Source of the DNA: an uncultured virus (IMG/VR IMGVR_UViG_3300029305_003094)
Taxonomy: Duplodnaviria; Heunggongvirae; Uroviricota; Caudoviricetes
Length of the DNA stretch: 20,000 bases
IMG/VR virus record: IMGVR_UViG_3300029305_003094
Strand: one strand, 5' to 3'
The translations under genes were made by a program, and so were the position numbers. The notes beneath the pieces are model-generated. The model saw nothing but the letters and a program-made list of their open reading frames with translations. It ran no database searches and was not told the origin of the DNA. This document shows, in pieces, positions 7,731 to 16,821 of this stretch; the stretch's first letter is position 1, and each line of letters starts with the position of its first letter.

Positions 7731-8563
7731 AACAATCCCCCCTTGGATTTTCTTCGGTAACTATCACCAGACAACCGAATCATTGCCGTGGACATCTCAC
7801 CGATGCGGTCAACGGTCTTCTTCATCATTCCTCTGTCCTTGATGAGTTCATTCATGGAATAGTTGCTGGAGAAGATGGTCGGCTTCTTGTTGTTATACCG
7901 CTTATTGATGATGTCGAACACCTGACCTTGTAGCCAGTTGTCCTCACCGCCCTTGGTCAGTATCTCCGTCCCCAAGTCATCAAGGAACAGGAAGTCAACA
8001 TCGCAGATCCGCTTGATGACCACCGCTGAATCAGCATTGCCGTTCCATGTGGATTGAATCAGCTTGGATATTTCAAAGAAGTTGGTGAACAGGCATTGCT
8101 TCAGCTGCGACATCAACTCATTGCACATACAAGCGGTCAAATGTGTCTTTCCTGTGCCTGAATCTCCGTAGATATACAAACCATATCCATGCTCAAGTGC
8201 CATGTCAGGGATTTGGCAATATTTACGGCATCTTTGGAAAGCCTTTTTGAAGTCATCAGGGCGGTCAAGGTCAGTTTTGTCGAATGTGGTGTCCTTGTAT
8301 CGGTCACCCAACAAACTCGCCCCACGCAAGCGGTCAAGTTGTGCCTGTTTCACCTTTTGTTCCTCTTGTTCCTTTTCCTTGCGTTCCGCTTCTTTCATGC
8401 ACTCGCAAGTCACAGGCATTCTCTTGCCGAATGGCTCGACAATGTCCTTTGTGCATCGTCTGGTGTGGCACTTGGTGCAGTAAAGCAGACCATCCTCGCC
8501 TTCATAGGTGTTCTCAATATTCATCTGGATATGGTTCAAAATCATCTCTGCTATTCCGTCCAC
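7727..8563 (-). CDS. DnaC/IstB-like AAA+ helicase loader
   Basis: CTKC..CEC zinc site, GDSGTGKT, FLFLDDLG, INKRYNNKKPTIFSSN. Confidence 0.9.
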   Translation of the reverse strand: MDGIAEMILNHIQMNIENTYEGEDGLLYCTKCHTRRCTKDIVEPFGKRMPVTCECMKEAERKEKEQEEQKVKQAQLDRLRGASLLGDRYKDTTFDKTDLDRPDDFKKAFQRCRKYCQIPDMALEHGYGLYIYGDSGTGKTHLTACMCNELMSQLKQCLFTNFFEISKLIQSTWNGNADSAVVIKRICDVDFLFLDDLGTEILTKGGEDNWLQGQVFDIINKRYNNKKPTIFSSNYSMNELIKDRGMMKKTVDRIGEMSTAMIRLSGDSYRRKSKGGLF

Positions 8564-9191
8564 TTTTACCGCTCCTTTCCCATGTTCTCACGGCTGCCTT
8601 CCAATCCTTCATAGGATTCTTGCCAACCTTCCAGCCGTTTGCAGAATAGTAGTTGTACCACTTTTCCGCATCCACATTGTTGTTCCGCTCCTGGCAATAT
8701 GCTTTCACATCATCAAGAGTTGGTTTGGAAAACCGCCTTTTATATTTCTCTTTCTCTATCTCTGTATCTATCTCTATCTCTTTCTCTTTCTCTGTCGGAC
8801 ATTTGGGGGACAAAAGAGGGACATTGTCCTTCTGCCGTTGCACTCGCTTCTTTTCTGCCCACCTTGTTTCGCTCCCAATCATGGTGTTAACCTCTTTCAT
8901 GTAGATGGTTGCATCGTCCAGAACATCCATCATCTTCAGTTCAATGAACAGCTTCATGGCTGACCGCACAATGTCGATGTTGGTGTTGGTAATCACCGAA
9001 AGCATCTGCTCGTTGTATGGCACCGTGTCACTAAATCGCAACGCACCTTCATGGTCGATGCTCTCCACCAGCAACTTAAGATAAAACAGGAGATATTCCT
9101 TGCCGTTGGGAAGTTCTTCAATGATGCGGATGTCATGCCGTTTGAAGAAGTCCCTTTTCAGCTTCAGCCAGTAGTATTTTTTCTCTGCCAC
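8514..9191 (-). CDS. Phage replisome organizer / replication initiator
   Basis: YYWLKLKRDFF N-terminal domain, EKEKEIEID linker, C-terminal YYSANGWKVGKNPMKDWKAAVRTWE. Confidence 0.9.
   Translation of the reverse strand: MAEKKYYWLKLKRDFFKRHDIRIIEELPNGKEYLLFYLKLLVESIDHEGALRFSDTVPYNEQMLSVITNTNIDIVRSAMKLFIELKMMDVLDDATIYMKEVNTMIGSETRWAEKKRVQRQKDNVPLLSPKCPTEKEKEIEIDTEIEKEKYKRRFSKPTLDDVKAYCQERNNNVDAEKWYNYYSANGWKVGKNPMKDWKAAVRTWERSGKSGRNSRDDFEPYPDEY
8745..8829. repeat. Putative phage replication origin inside the initiator gene
   Basis: GGACA at 8797, 8808, 8819 (11-bp period) plus inverted TGTCC at 8825, next to a TCTC pyrimidine tract. Confidence 0.6.
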
Positions 9192-10184
9192 TCATATCAC
9201 CTCGCAATCTTGCAAAACCTCTTTGTAGAATTCCCTGATGGGGATGCCATCAGTTCTTGGCACATAATCGAAGAAGTCACAGGACTTGTACAACATTCTG
9301 TTGTTGCACCATCTTTGCAAATCCCTTAAGATGTGCCGTTGGGGAAGGGATGTCTTTCTGTAAATACGCACATCTGGCATATATCCCACTTCCTTAAGCC
9401 GTTTCACTCTGTACAAATCCTCTTTGATGGATGTGTCATAGTTGGTCAGCATATAAACCACCGAATTCCGTTCGTCCAGTTGAATGTGTTCCTTCGCAAG
9501 TGCCAAACCCTTGATGATGTTCTTCTCGTTCTTCATGAAATCAAACGCAAAGTGTACCATCTTCATTTTCAGGCTGGACAGCAATTTGACATTTTCCTCA
9601 TTGATGAATCTGGCATCCAATCCCTGTGTGAAGTCAACCCAAGCACCGCTTTTCAACAGCTGCACCAAAAGGTCGATGTGGTCAGGGCAAGCAAGGATGT
9701 TTGGGTCAAGCAACTTGATGTTCTTCTGTCCATCCCAAAATTCACGAAGGTCGGCAACCTTCCGTGATGCTCGTCCTTCTTTTTTGCTCACAATGCAGAA
9801 ACTACAGTTGTTTGGGCATCCTCTTGTCAAGAAACCATAAGCCGTGTCCTTGGTATGCTCTGGATATAAACTGTAATCAGGGAAACTGTGTTCAATTTCA
9901 TCAGGCAGTTCCGTGTCATTCGATTTGGTGTACACTTCCTTGCCATCAACCACGGAAATTGCAAACCCTGTGCCACCTTCGATGATTTTGTCTGCCTGAA
10001 TGATGGTCGGATCTAGGTATGTGTATTCGTCACCGAACACTTTGCTTGTATAAACCACATCGTAGTGCTTCAAGGGGATGCACCACTCAACCGAATCACC
10101 TTTCGCCTTGTGGTATGCTGATATTTTCATCAATGCAAGGTTTGGGAAATTGTGGCTGTCAACATCAATCAAGCCGATTTGCAT
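9192..10184 (-). CDS. Radical SAM protein
   Basis: TRGCPNNCSFC (CxxxCxxC), N-terminal DVDSHNFPNLALMKI, QGLDAR. Confidence 0.9.
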   Translation of the reverse strand: MQIGLIDVDSHNFPNLALMKISAYHKAKGDSVEWCIPLKHYDVVYTSKVFGDEYTYLDPTIIQADKIIEGGTGFAISVVDGKEVYTKSNDTELPDEIEHSFPDYSLYPEHTKDTAYGFLTRGCPNNCSFCIVSKKEGRASRKVADLREFWDGQKNIKLLDPNILACPDHIDLLVQLLKSGAWVDFTQGLDARFINEENVKLLSSLKMKMVHFAFDFMKNEKNIIKGLALAKEHIQLDERNSVVYMLTNYDTSIKEDLYRVKRLKEVGYMPDVRIYRKTSLPQRHILRDLQRWCNNRMLYKSCDFFDYVPRTDGIPIREFYKEVLQDCEVI

Positions 10185-10403
10185 TTATACCACCTCTCGG
10201 TCTGCCAAAATATATCTGGCATACTGTCCTTTTTTGCCTGTGATGCTGTGGACGAAGGTCACATCCTCACTTTCAATCACATAGCCTTCCTTGCGTAACA
10301 GATAGATGTAATGGGACAACCTTGTACAATGGTACAGTTCGATTGCCACAAGGCTTGTGATGCTCCCATACTCCAGTAAATGATCCAGAATGATTTGTTT
10401 CAT
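10185..10403 (-). CDS. Winged-helix HTH protein
   Basis: GSITSLVAIELYHCTRLSHYIYLLRKEGYVI. Confidence 0.75.
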   Translation of the reverse strand: MKQIILDHLLEYGSITSLVAIELYHCTRLSHYIYLLRKEGYVIESEDVTFVHSITGKKGQYARYILADREVV

Positions 10404-10741
10404 TTTCCCACCACCGTTTCAAAGTATTCTTTGTACAATTCCATCCAATCAGGCAACCGCATCGTGACCAACCACTCGCTGTGGTTTCTCCTGTGGAACA
10501 CAGACGGCAATTCTCCGTCCTTTGCATCGTGGATGGCTTGTGCCATCGCATCATATAAATTCAACCGCTCCACTCGCTTGCTTTCGATGTGGATGCCCTT
10601 CAACCCCACAAGGTCAGCTTGTCCTTCATCGGCTTTGCCGTTGTACTGGACCGTTCGCCTTGTGCTGAAGCCGTACTCGTTCAGTTTTCGTGCCAGTTCT
10701 CGCTCACCAGCTGCACCCTTCGCTCTGCTATTGACCGCCAC
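10400..10741 (-). CDS. Hjc-like Holliday junction resolvase, PD-(D/E)XK
   Basis: SRAKGAAGERELA, ADL, IHIESKR. Confidence 0.8.
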   Translation of the reverse strand: MAVNSRAKGAAGERELARKLNEYGFSTRRTVQYNGKADEGQADLVGLKGIHIESKRVERLNLYDAMAQAIHDAKDGELPSVFHRRNHSEWLVTMRLPDWMELYKEYFETVVGK

Positions 10742-10750
10742 ATAATCACC

Positions 10751-11044
10751 TCAATCTAGATAATTTCTCCCATAAGCCTTGATGAAGTCATCAGCGGTCT
10801 TGCCATAGTGTTCCATCCATGTCCGCTGTCCTCTTTGCTTCAGCCGTGTATCATTGGCTTTGTTGAAATGGACTCCATTCGGTGGCTCGTTGTGACACCA
10901 ATGGCACAGATAGACCGTCACACCATCCTCATCGGCTCTCTTTCGGTTTTTCCCACGGAAGATGTGGTGCTTCTCCGTCTGCCCATACCGCTTGCAGATA
11001 TAGCACACACCCTTCATGTCACCCTTGATGATGCTTTCACTCAT
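10751..11044 (-). CDS. Ref/HNH-like zinc-binding nuclease
   Basis: CYIC...EKHHIF...LCHWCH...GVH. Confidence 0.65.
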   Translation of the reverse strand: MSESIIKGDMKGVCYICKRYGQTEKHHIFRGKNRKRADEDGVTVYLCHWCHNEPPNGVHFNKANDTRLKQRGQRTWMEHYGKTADDFIKAYGRNYLD

Positions 11045-11477
11045 ATTCGTACTCCCATGTTGGAATTTCCAACTCACCGCACAGTTGCAAGGTGATGTCC
11101 AGTAGTTCGGTCATTTCCTTGGTGTTCATTTTGGAAGAACCGATGTACACCTTGTAGATGTTGCAATCCTTGCCGTTGACCTCTTGCTTGCGGACGAACC
11201 GAACACCCCTGAAGCACTTCCTCAATTCATCTTCCATGTCATAGGCTGTGATGATGTAGTCACTCAGGGCATCGGCTCGTTCAAGCAAGGCACAATACAC
11301 TTCCATGTCATCCTGGTGCTGTTTCTTTGCTATGGCATGGATAAGTTGCCAGAGCATCTTGTTCTGTTCGATTGACCGCTTTGACTTCGGTTCACGAACC
11401 TCGATGGTGTACAACTTATCCATGTCCAGCTTCAACAGTTCAGGAATGATGTCTTTGACCTTTCCTGAAACCTTCAT
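11037..11477 (-). CDS. NinB-like recombination protein
   Basis: KRSIEQNKMLW and SSKMNTKEMTELLD motifs. Confidence 0.6.
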   Translation of the reverse strand: MKVSGKVKDIIPELLKLDMDKLYTIEVREPKSKRSIEQNKMLWQLIHAIAKKQHQDDMEVYCALLERADALSDYIITAYDMEDELRKCFRGVRFVRKQEVNGKDCNIYKVYIGSSKMNTKEMTELLDITLQLCGELEIPTWEYEYE

Positions 11478-11487
11478 CGTTCACACC

Positions 11488-11862
11488 TCAAAAGGGGAGC
11501 ATTGCATCAGGCTCGTCAATCGGCTCAAAGGCACCGTTGTCTTGCTTCTTGCTCTCAAGGAAGTCAAACTCGGTGACCTTGACCTCTGTGACCTTGACCT
11601 TCTTGCCTTCCTTGTTTTCGTAGCTGCGTGTTGCTAGTTTGCCGACCACAGCGAAGCGGTCACCCTTGTGAACATACTTGCTGATGGTTTCGGCTCTCTG
11701 CTCAAAAGCCACGCAATCAATGAAATCGGCATCATAACCGCCTTGCTCGTTCTTGTAGTCCTTGTTCACCGCCAAGGTGAAGGATGCCACAGCCTTGCCA
11801 GATCCAGTTCTCCGCAGTTCCACATCTTTGGTCAGTCTGCCAATCAAATTTACGCTATTGAT
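11488..11862 (-). CDS. ssb: Single-stranded DNA-binding protein (probable ATC start)
   Basis: NSVNLIGRLTKDVELR, ADFIDCVAF, acidic tail ending LPF. Confidence 0.92.
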   Translation of the reverse strand: MNSVNLIGRLTKDVELRRTGSGKAVASFTLAVNKDYKNEQGGYDADFIDCVAFEQRAETISKYVHKGDRFAVVGKLATRSYENKEGKKVKVTEVKVTEFDFLESKKQDNGAFEPIDEPDAMLPF

Positions 11863-12421
11863 AGGTCATCAATCCTTTCTTGTTTTCATGTCTTTCTTTG
11901 TTGTGCATACTTATGTGTGCCGATTTCGTCATCAGCACAAGGTTTTCAATTCTGTTATCATCACGGATTCTGTTGATGTGGTGTACAACCTCGCCTTCGG
12001 TCAAATGTCTGCCGATGTGCTTTTCCATCACCAGAATATGCTCCATGACATATCCTTCTTTGGTTGCGTTCTGGTGGTTCGGTGCGTACACATGCACATA
12101 GCCGTCCATCCGTTTCTTCTTGTGCCCACCAAACTCTGTGTTGTGCTTGTACACACCCTTTTTGGCATCACTCATCTTTTGCCTAGTTTCGGCAGACACA
12201 ACCTTTCCCTTTTGTGCAAGGCTCATTCGCTTCAATGTTTCTGGTGTGTGTTTCCATCCCTTGCGACCTATCTGCCTTGACGGAATACCATAACCGATTA
12301 TCAGCTTGTGAACCTTTCCAACGGACATATTCAACTCTTTGGCAACCCTGTGCATCGGCATTTGCTCGGCAATGTACAGTTGCTCCAGCACCGCCTTTGA
12401 TGGAGTTGACCAATTTCTCAT
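11855..12421 (-). CDS. NUMOD3-HNH homing endonuclease
   Basis: NUMOD3 repeats HTPETLKRMS and SAETRQKMS; EHILVME...VVHHINRIRDDNRIENL; ATG 12421 with RBS GAGGTG. Confidence 0.85.
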   Translation of the reverse strand: MRNWSTPSKAVLEQLYIAEQMPMHRVAKELNMSVGKVHKLIIGYGIPSRQIGRKGWKHTPETLKRMSLAQKGKVVSAETRQKMSDAKKGVYKHNTEFGGHKKKRMDGYVHVYAPNHQNATKEGYVMEHILVMEKHIGRHLTEGEVVHHINRIRDDNRIENLVLMTKSAHISMHNKERHENKKGLMTYQ

Positions 12422-12422
12422 A

Positions 12423-12626
12423 TCAAAACACCTCTTCTTCAGTTTCCAGTTTTTCTTCCTCAATCTTTTGAACCACCGCAATATCATCCTTTGCGAACAC
12501 CGTGTCACCGATTTGGATGAACGGCTCTCTATTGTTCAATCCGCTGTGAAGGGTGTAAATATCAAGCCACTTGTTCTCGGCTTCAAACACCTTTCCGCTT
12601 TTCAAAGTCACTCTGTATCTGTTCAT
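12423..12626 (-). CDS. Hypothetical phage protein
   Basis: 67-aa ORF with RBS AAGGAG. Confidence 0.7.
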   Translation of the reverse strand: MNRYRVTLKSGKVFEAENKWLDIYTLHSGLNNREPFIQIGDTVFAKDDIAVVQKIEEEKLETEEEVF

Positions 12627-12627
12627 A

Positions 12628-13215
12628 TCAATTCTCCTTCAAATAATCGTTTATAACCTCGTCAACGAGGTTTTCATTGATGGGGATGTCAATGTACTTC
12701 CGCACATCGTTTCTAAGGTGTACACCCCTTAAAAAGTCGATTTTGGCACAATAGCATTGTTGGTATGCAACCCTGTACAAGTTCAACTGGTAGGTCAGGT
12801 ATTTCTTGTCCAAGGTGGATGTCCGCTTGATGTCACCCAAGCCGATGCAATCCTTTTCCACCAACACAAGGTCAAGTCTGCCACAAGCCACCGCTTCGCC
12901 ATCCTTGAAAAGCACCACAGGCACTTCGTTGTCCAGACAATCAAAGTTGTATGCCTTCTTCAGGAATTTCCAGTTCCGCAGTTCTGGAAGGTCGGTTTCG
13001 ATGCCTTCTCTTTCAAAGTCCTCGATAGCTTTGTGAACCGCTGTCCCTTGTTCAGCTGCACGATGCAAGGTTGCCTTTGGGATGCCGTCATACTTGCCAC
13101 CAAACTTGCACTTGAGAAGCTGGGTGATGGAAGGGAGTACAATGCCGTCACACAGATAGGTGTGTGTTTCGTCTATGTATTCCAGCACACCGCCATTGAT
13201 TTCCCATTGCTCCAC
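12628..13215 (-). CDS. PD-(D/E)XK exonuclease (lambda-exo/Cas4-like superfamily)
   Basis: PSITQLL, GTAVHKAIE, GRLDL, DIKRT, QLNLY; GTG start 13215. Confidence 0.85.
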   Translation of the reverse strand: MEQWEINGGVLEYIDETHTYLCDGIVLPSITQLLKCKFGGKYDGIPKATLHRAAEQGTAVHKAIEDFEREGIETDLPELRNWKFLKKAYNFDCLDNEVPVVLFKDGEAVACGRLDLVLVEKDCIGLGDIKRTSTLDKKYLTYQLNLYRVAYQQCYCAKIDFLRGVHLRNDVRKYIDIPINENLVDEVINDYLKEN

Positions 13216-13219
13216 CGAA

Positions 13220-13924
13220 TCACCCCCATTGTTCTGCCATTGCTTTCGCAATGCCCTCGAATGTTTTGCTTCGTGCTTTCTGTCTGTTTCCATCTACGGT
13301 CTTGTTGTACCAATCAGAAAAACGCACAGTTTTTCCCGCATTTTTACCTCGCTTTATCACAAATTCCCTCATATCTTCCACTCCTACAACTTGGGTGGGA
13401 ACCAGGGGAGAGAGTCCTTTCAGCCATAGACAAGTTTTTTTGCTTTGAGGATGTCCGTATTCGTATGGCTGAATGATTTGTGTCGGTTTCTTTGGCAATC
13501 CGTACCTCTCGGCAAGGTCAGGGAAGTAGGCTTGTACATACTCACCGCTGATGACACCAACAGGATTCTCTATTGCGATTCGGTCACAATCCGCATTCAA
13601 GAATTGGCAGAAGAATTCAATGCCTTCTCGTTGCCTTCCGTCTGCTCTCTTTTTATCAAAATGTCTTGCTCCGCTGACAGCCAGGTGGGTGCAAGGGGGG
13701 AAGGCAATAATCATATCCCACTTGCCCAGGATGTTGTGTTCTTCTCCATCACTAGTTACGAATTCGCAATAGCCATTCAGCAACGGCAACACATCACCTT
13801 GAATGTGCCACTCTGGATGCCCACCGCTACAAGGGATAATGTCGCAGCTGAATGCGTTGTGTCCTTTCTCTCTAAAAGCGGAACATACTCTCTGCGATTC
13901 CTCGCAAGCAACTAATACATTCAT
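13220..13924 (-). CDS. DNA cytosine methyltransferase-like protein (atypical)
   Basis: Catalytic FPPC and IENP motifs; motif I replaced by VACEES; short. Confidence 0.7.
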   Translation of the reverse strand: MNVLVACEESQRVCSAFREKGHNAFSCDIIPCSGGHPEWHIQGDVLPLLNGYCEFVTSDGEEHNILGKWDMIIAFPPCTHLAVSGARHFDKKRADGRQREGIEFFCQFLNADCDRIAIENPVGVISGEYVQAYFPDLAERYGLPKKPTQIIQPYEYGHPQSKKTCLWLKGLSPLVPTQVVGVEDMREFVIKRGKNAGKTVRFSDWYNKTVDGNRQKARSKTFEGIAKAMAEQWG

Positions 13925-13936
13925 GTGATTTCCCCC

Positions 13937-14014
13937 TTACCTCTTGAATTTGCTGATACAGTACATAATCAGCAGAGTTCCACAGATGATGGAAGTGATA
14001 ATGATGCCGTTCAT
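13937..14014 (-). CDS. 25-aa hydrophobic peptide
   Basis: MNGIIITSIICGTLLIMYCISKFKR; ATGA overlap with the upstream stop. Confidence 0.55.
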   Translation of the reverse strand: MNGIIITSIICGTLLIMYCISKFKR

Positions 14015-14397
14015 TTGCTCACCACCTTCATTCGCACACTTGCCTTGCACAGGCTGATGTTGACATATTCGTCATAAAGGTCAGGATGGTCTTTGCGGAA
14101 GGTCTTACTGTCAAAGGTTTCCTTGGTGTACGGTGCCACATAGGAAATGGTCAGGTCAGGTGACTTGATGCTGACGATGCCCTTGCTCTCCATTTCCTCA
14201 AGGATTCTCTGCTTCAATTCCGCTTGCTTCGCCTTGATTGCTTCGACTTGCCGTTCAAACTCTGCCAGCAATGCCGATGCAGAAGCATTCAGCACCGCTT
14301 CGTTGTTCTCCAGAACAATCAGGGCATCCGTGGTCTGCACATCATGCTCTCTCGCACCTCTGGTGTTCTTGTAAAGACCGCTAATTCCAGTAGACAT
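14011..14397 (-). CDS. Coiled-coil protein resembling the C-terminal part of YqaJ-type exonucleases
   Basis: Coiled coil followed by TFDSKTFRKDHPDLYDEY. Confidence 0.65.
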   Translation of the reverse strand: MSTGISGLYKNTRGAREHDVQTTDALIVLENNEAVLNASASALLAEFERQVEAIKAKQAELKQRILEEMESKGIVSIKSPDLTISYVAPYTKETFDSKTFRKDHPDLYDEYVNISLCKASVRMKVVSK

Positions 14398-14398
14398 A

Positions 14399-15043
14399 TC
14401 AATTCTCCTTTTTCTTTAATTTGCCAATCAGTTTGCTTGCCTTTGCCATGCTGATGTCCTCGATGCGATCCACACCATTCGCCTTCAGCAACTTGGTCAG
14501 GTTCTCGCCTGTGTAGACCTTCGCCAGGATTTCAATCTGCTTCGCTGTTGCCTTGCGGTCATCTCCTGTGGCGGTTGCTTTGGTGTACTTTGCGGTGTCA
14601 GGACTATGCTCTTGGTCAGGATCTTCGCCTGTGATGATTTTGTATGCCTTGAGCAATGCGTACTTGTCTGCGTAGGTCATTGCCTTGCCAACCGCCTTGT
14701 CCTGTGTGTCGATGCCGTCACCGTAGGTGGTGATTTCGATGTACTCTTCAGGATTCTCGATATTCACAAAGCGGTAAATGGTTTCGATACGAAGAAAGAT
14801 TTGGTTGCCCTTGGTCACATTGCCGTTGTATTCCTTCTCGGTTTCCAAGATGGCTCTGTCGATGACCTCTCGCTTGCAAGGATAGGAGTACACCTTATAC
14901 TTCTGCTCCAACTGCTTAACGGCAAAAAGTACATCCGCTTCACCGACAGCCTTGTAGGAGTTCTTGCCGATGCCCACCTCAAGGTTCTTGCTGACATTCT
15001 TGATTTCGCTTGTGATGCTCAACAGCTTTTCGTAGATGTTCAT
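14399..15043 (-). CDS. ERF-family single-strand annealing protein
   Basis: MNIYEKL..., DKAVGKAMTYADKYAL, GEDPD. Confidence 0.88.
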   Translation of the reverse strand: MNIYEKLLSITSEIKNVSKNLEVGIGKNSYKAVGEADVLFAVKQLEQKYKVYSYPCKREVIDRAILETEKEYNGNVTKGNQIFLRIETIYRFVNIENPEEYIEITTYGDGIDTQDKAVGKAMTYADKYALLKAYKIITGEDPDQEHSPDTAKYTKATATGDDRKATAKQIEILAKVYTGENLTKLLKANGVDRIEDISMAKASKLIGKLKKKEN

Positions 15044-15058
15044 TCAATTCACCCCCTT

Positions 15059-15355
15059 TCAAATGGTGCGGACTAGACCGCCCACACGGACTCCAGCAAC
15101 CCAACCGAACACAGATGTAATGCCCACAGCCAGACCGCCATCCACCATGAGGTTTCTGCTTGCGATGCCGAACGCAAAACCGATGACGATGAAGCCAAGC
15201 ACCCAGCAGACAATCTCGGTGACAGAGCGGACTCTCCGTGCCTTTCTCCGCTCAATCCACTTTTGGGCATCCTCGGCAAACTTAGCTTCTCTGGATGCAT
15301 CGGCATTGCCGTTGACGGCATTAATCATTTCTCTTTCAAAAGCATTGTTGTCCAT
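15059..15355 (-). CDS. Hypothetical two-TM membrane protein
   Basis: Hydrophobic C-terminal half; RBS GAAAGGA. Confidence 0.7.
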   Translation of the reverse strand: MDNNAFEREMINAVNGNADASREAKFAEDAQKWIERRKARRVRSVTEIVCWVLGFIVIGFAFGIASRNLMVDGGLAVGITSVFGWVAGVRVGGLVRTI

Positions 15356-15370
15356 TGTTCTGTTCCTTTC

Positions 15371-15577
15371 TTATTCGCCACGCATGGCTTTGATAAACGG
15401 TCTTTTGGGGATTCGCACCCTAGATCCCATCCTGATGACAGGGAATGGGAAGGGATTCTTTCCGTCCCTTGTTGCCACATTGATGGAATATGGTGTGCAT
15501 CCAAGAATCGGTGCAATGTCCGCTGGCACAAGCATTTCCTTCGGCAACCGCTCAAGTTCTTGCAATGTCATCTGCAT
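15371..15577 (-). CDS. Excisionase-like winged HTH protein
   Basis: LVPADIAPILGC...FPVIRMGSRVRIPKRPF. Confidence 0.7.
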   Translation of the reverse strand: MQMTLQELERLPKEMLVPADIAPILGCTPYSINVATRDGKNPFPFPVIRMGSRVRIPKRPFIKAMRGE

Positions 15578-15681
15578 CACTCCTGTTCCTGTTTCAGCAT
15601 TTGGTAGATGAAGGACAAGGTGTCAATGTCGGTGAGGTTGTCAATCATTGCCTTGACTTCATTCTTGATTTCGTCAACCAT
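15577..15681 (-). CDS. 34-aa acidic amphipathic peptide (putative antirepressor, lytic copy)
   Basis: MVDEIKNEVKAMIDNLTDIDTLSFIYQMLKQEQE; RBS GAAGGAG at 9 nt; TGATG coupling to the next gene; paralog of 17597-17710. Confidence 0.75.
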   Translation of the reverse strand: MVDEIKNEVKAMIDNLTDIDTLSFIYQMLKQEQE

Positions 15682-15702
15682 CTTCGTCATCTCCTTCGAG
15701 TT

Positions 15703-15721
15703 TGATTCATTAAAAGGCTCT
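15703..15721. promoter_or_regulatory. Operator copy O3 downstream of cro
   Basis: TGATTCATTAAAAGGCTCT, 16/19 match to the reverse complement of O1. Confidence 0.6.
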
Positions 15722-15930
15722 TAATTCGCAAAAAAAACGGCTCTTTCTTCATCGGCTTCGCTGATGCCCAACTCGATGCACAGGATGCGTACTTGCTCAT
15801 AAGTAAACTTCGCAATGTTGTTCTTGCAGTTGTTGAAGCCTTGTCTGGATAGGTTGCACACCTTGGCAAGGTGTCCTTTCTTCTTGCCACTATCCTGAAT
15901 CTTCTGTTCCAGTAGTTCGGTATTTACCAC
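15721..15930 (-). CDS. Cro-like XRE HTH protein
   Basis: SGKKKGHLAKVCNLSRQGFNNCKN...FTYEQVRILCIELGI. Confidence 0.85.
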   Translation of the reverse strand: MVNTELLEQKIQDSGKKKGHLAKVCNLSRQGFNNCKNNIAKFTYEQVRILCIELGISEADEERAVFFAN

Positions 15931-15942
15931 TTTGTCACCCCC

Positions 15943-16722
15943 TTAAAACAATCTATAATTTAATGGTTGCTCTAACATTTCCCAGCGGAACACCCTGTCA
16001 TCTGGTGATAAAAGACCATCATCCTCAAGTTGAAATCTTCTGTCATAGTCACGCACCGTGTGTCCGTTTGGTTTGAACACCACAGGACTGTCTTCATCCC
16101 ACTTCAACAACATCATCCAATATTCTGGATAATTTCTTCGTAGTAAACGCAACTGTTCCACACCTTGGTTGTGGCAGAACCAACAACCACCCCTTGTTGC
16201 AGTTGTGTAAATCGGTGACAACAAACCGTTTTCCTCGCACCATTGTCGGCACTTTGCTTCCGTCCATCCAGCTTCGACAAGAGGCAATCTCATATTTGGT
16301 TTTTGTATGTGCCGTTCGATCCGTTTTGGTTCATCAGCTGCGATCCCCACCAAAGAAACAACACCTTTGTTCATCTTGTCCATAATATTGGTTTTTAACT
16401 TCCCCACACACCAGTTTCTTCTCTGCATTGGGAAGCCATTTATCACACCAGCATACTTTGCCTTTTCACCTCTTTTTTTGTAAAAGTAGGATTCGTATGT
16501 ATACTCGCTCCTGATGTGTTCCACACGAAGACCGTATCTCTGCAAGATTATCTCGTCAGCTTTTTTCTTAAACTCAACCATAGGTGGCAATTCCGCTGGG
16601 ATGGTATCCGTTGCCCATACTTCTGCATGAACAATTCGGTCAATCGGCAACCCCAGTTCTTCAGCTGCACCAAGACAAGCAAGGCTGTCTTTGCCGTAAC
16701 TAAGGCTTAAAACATTTTCCAC
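15943..16722 (-). CDS. PAPS reductase-family (PP-loop) protein
   Basis: SYGKDS PP-loop, RNWC, GIAADE, RGGCWFC; GTG start with RBS AAAGGGGGTG. Confidence 0.85.
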   Translation of the reverse strand: MENVLSLSYGKDSLACLGAAEELGLPIDRIVHAEVWATDTIPAELPPMVEFKKKADEIILQRYGLRVEHIRSEYTYESYFYKKRGEKAKYAGVINGFPMQRRNWCVGKLKTNIMDKMNKGVVSLVGIAADEPKRIERHIQKPNMRLPLVEAGWTEAKCRQWCEENGLLSPIYTTATRGGCWFCHNQGVEQLRLLRRNYPEYWMMLLKWDEDSPVVFKPNGHTVRDYDRRFQLEDDGLLSPDDRVFRWEMLEQPLNYRLF

Positions 16723-16821
16723 ATCATCACCCCCTTTCGTTGGTTGGCGGTTGGCTGTTTGAATTGTGACCATCTGCCTGTCCGCATTACCATCCCCCAT
16801 TTGGTGGATGTCACTCTGCGA

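Noticed and set aside
12628..13215. CRISPR-associated Cas4
   Set aside because: Lacks the C-terminal three-Cys Fe-S motif and lies in a recombination module
15943..16722. Complete Dnd phosphorothioation system or sulfur-assimilation cluster
   Set aside because: No dndA/D/E or other cys genes in the window
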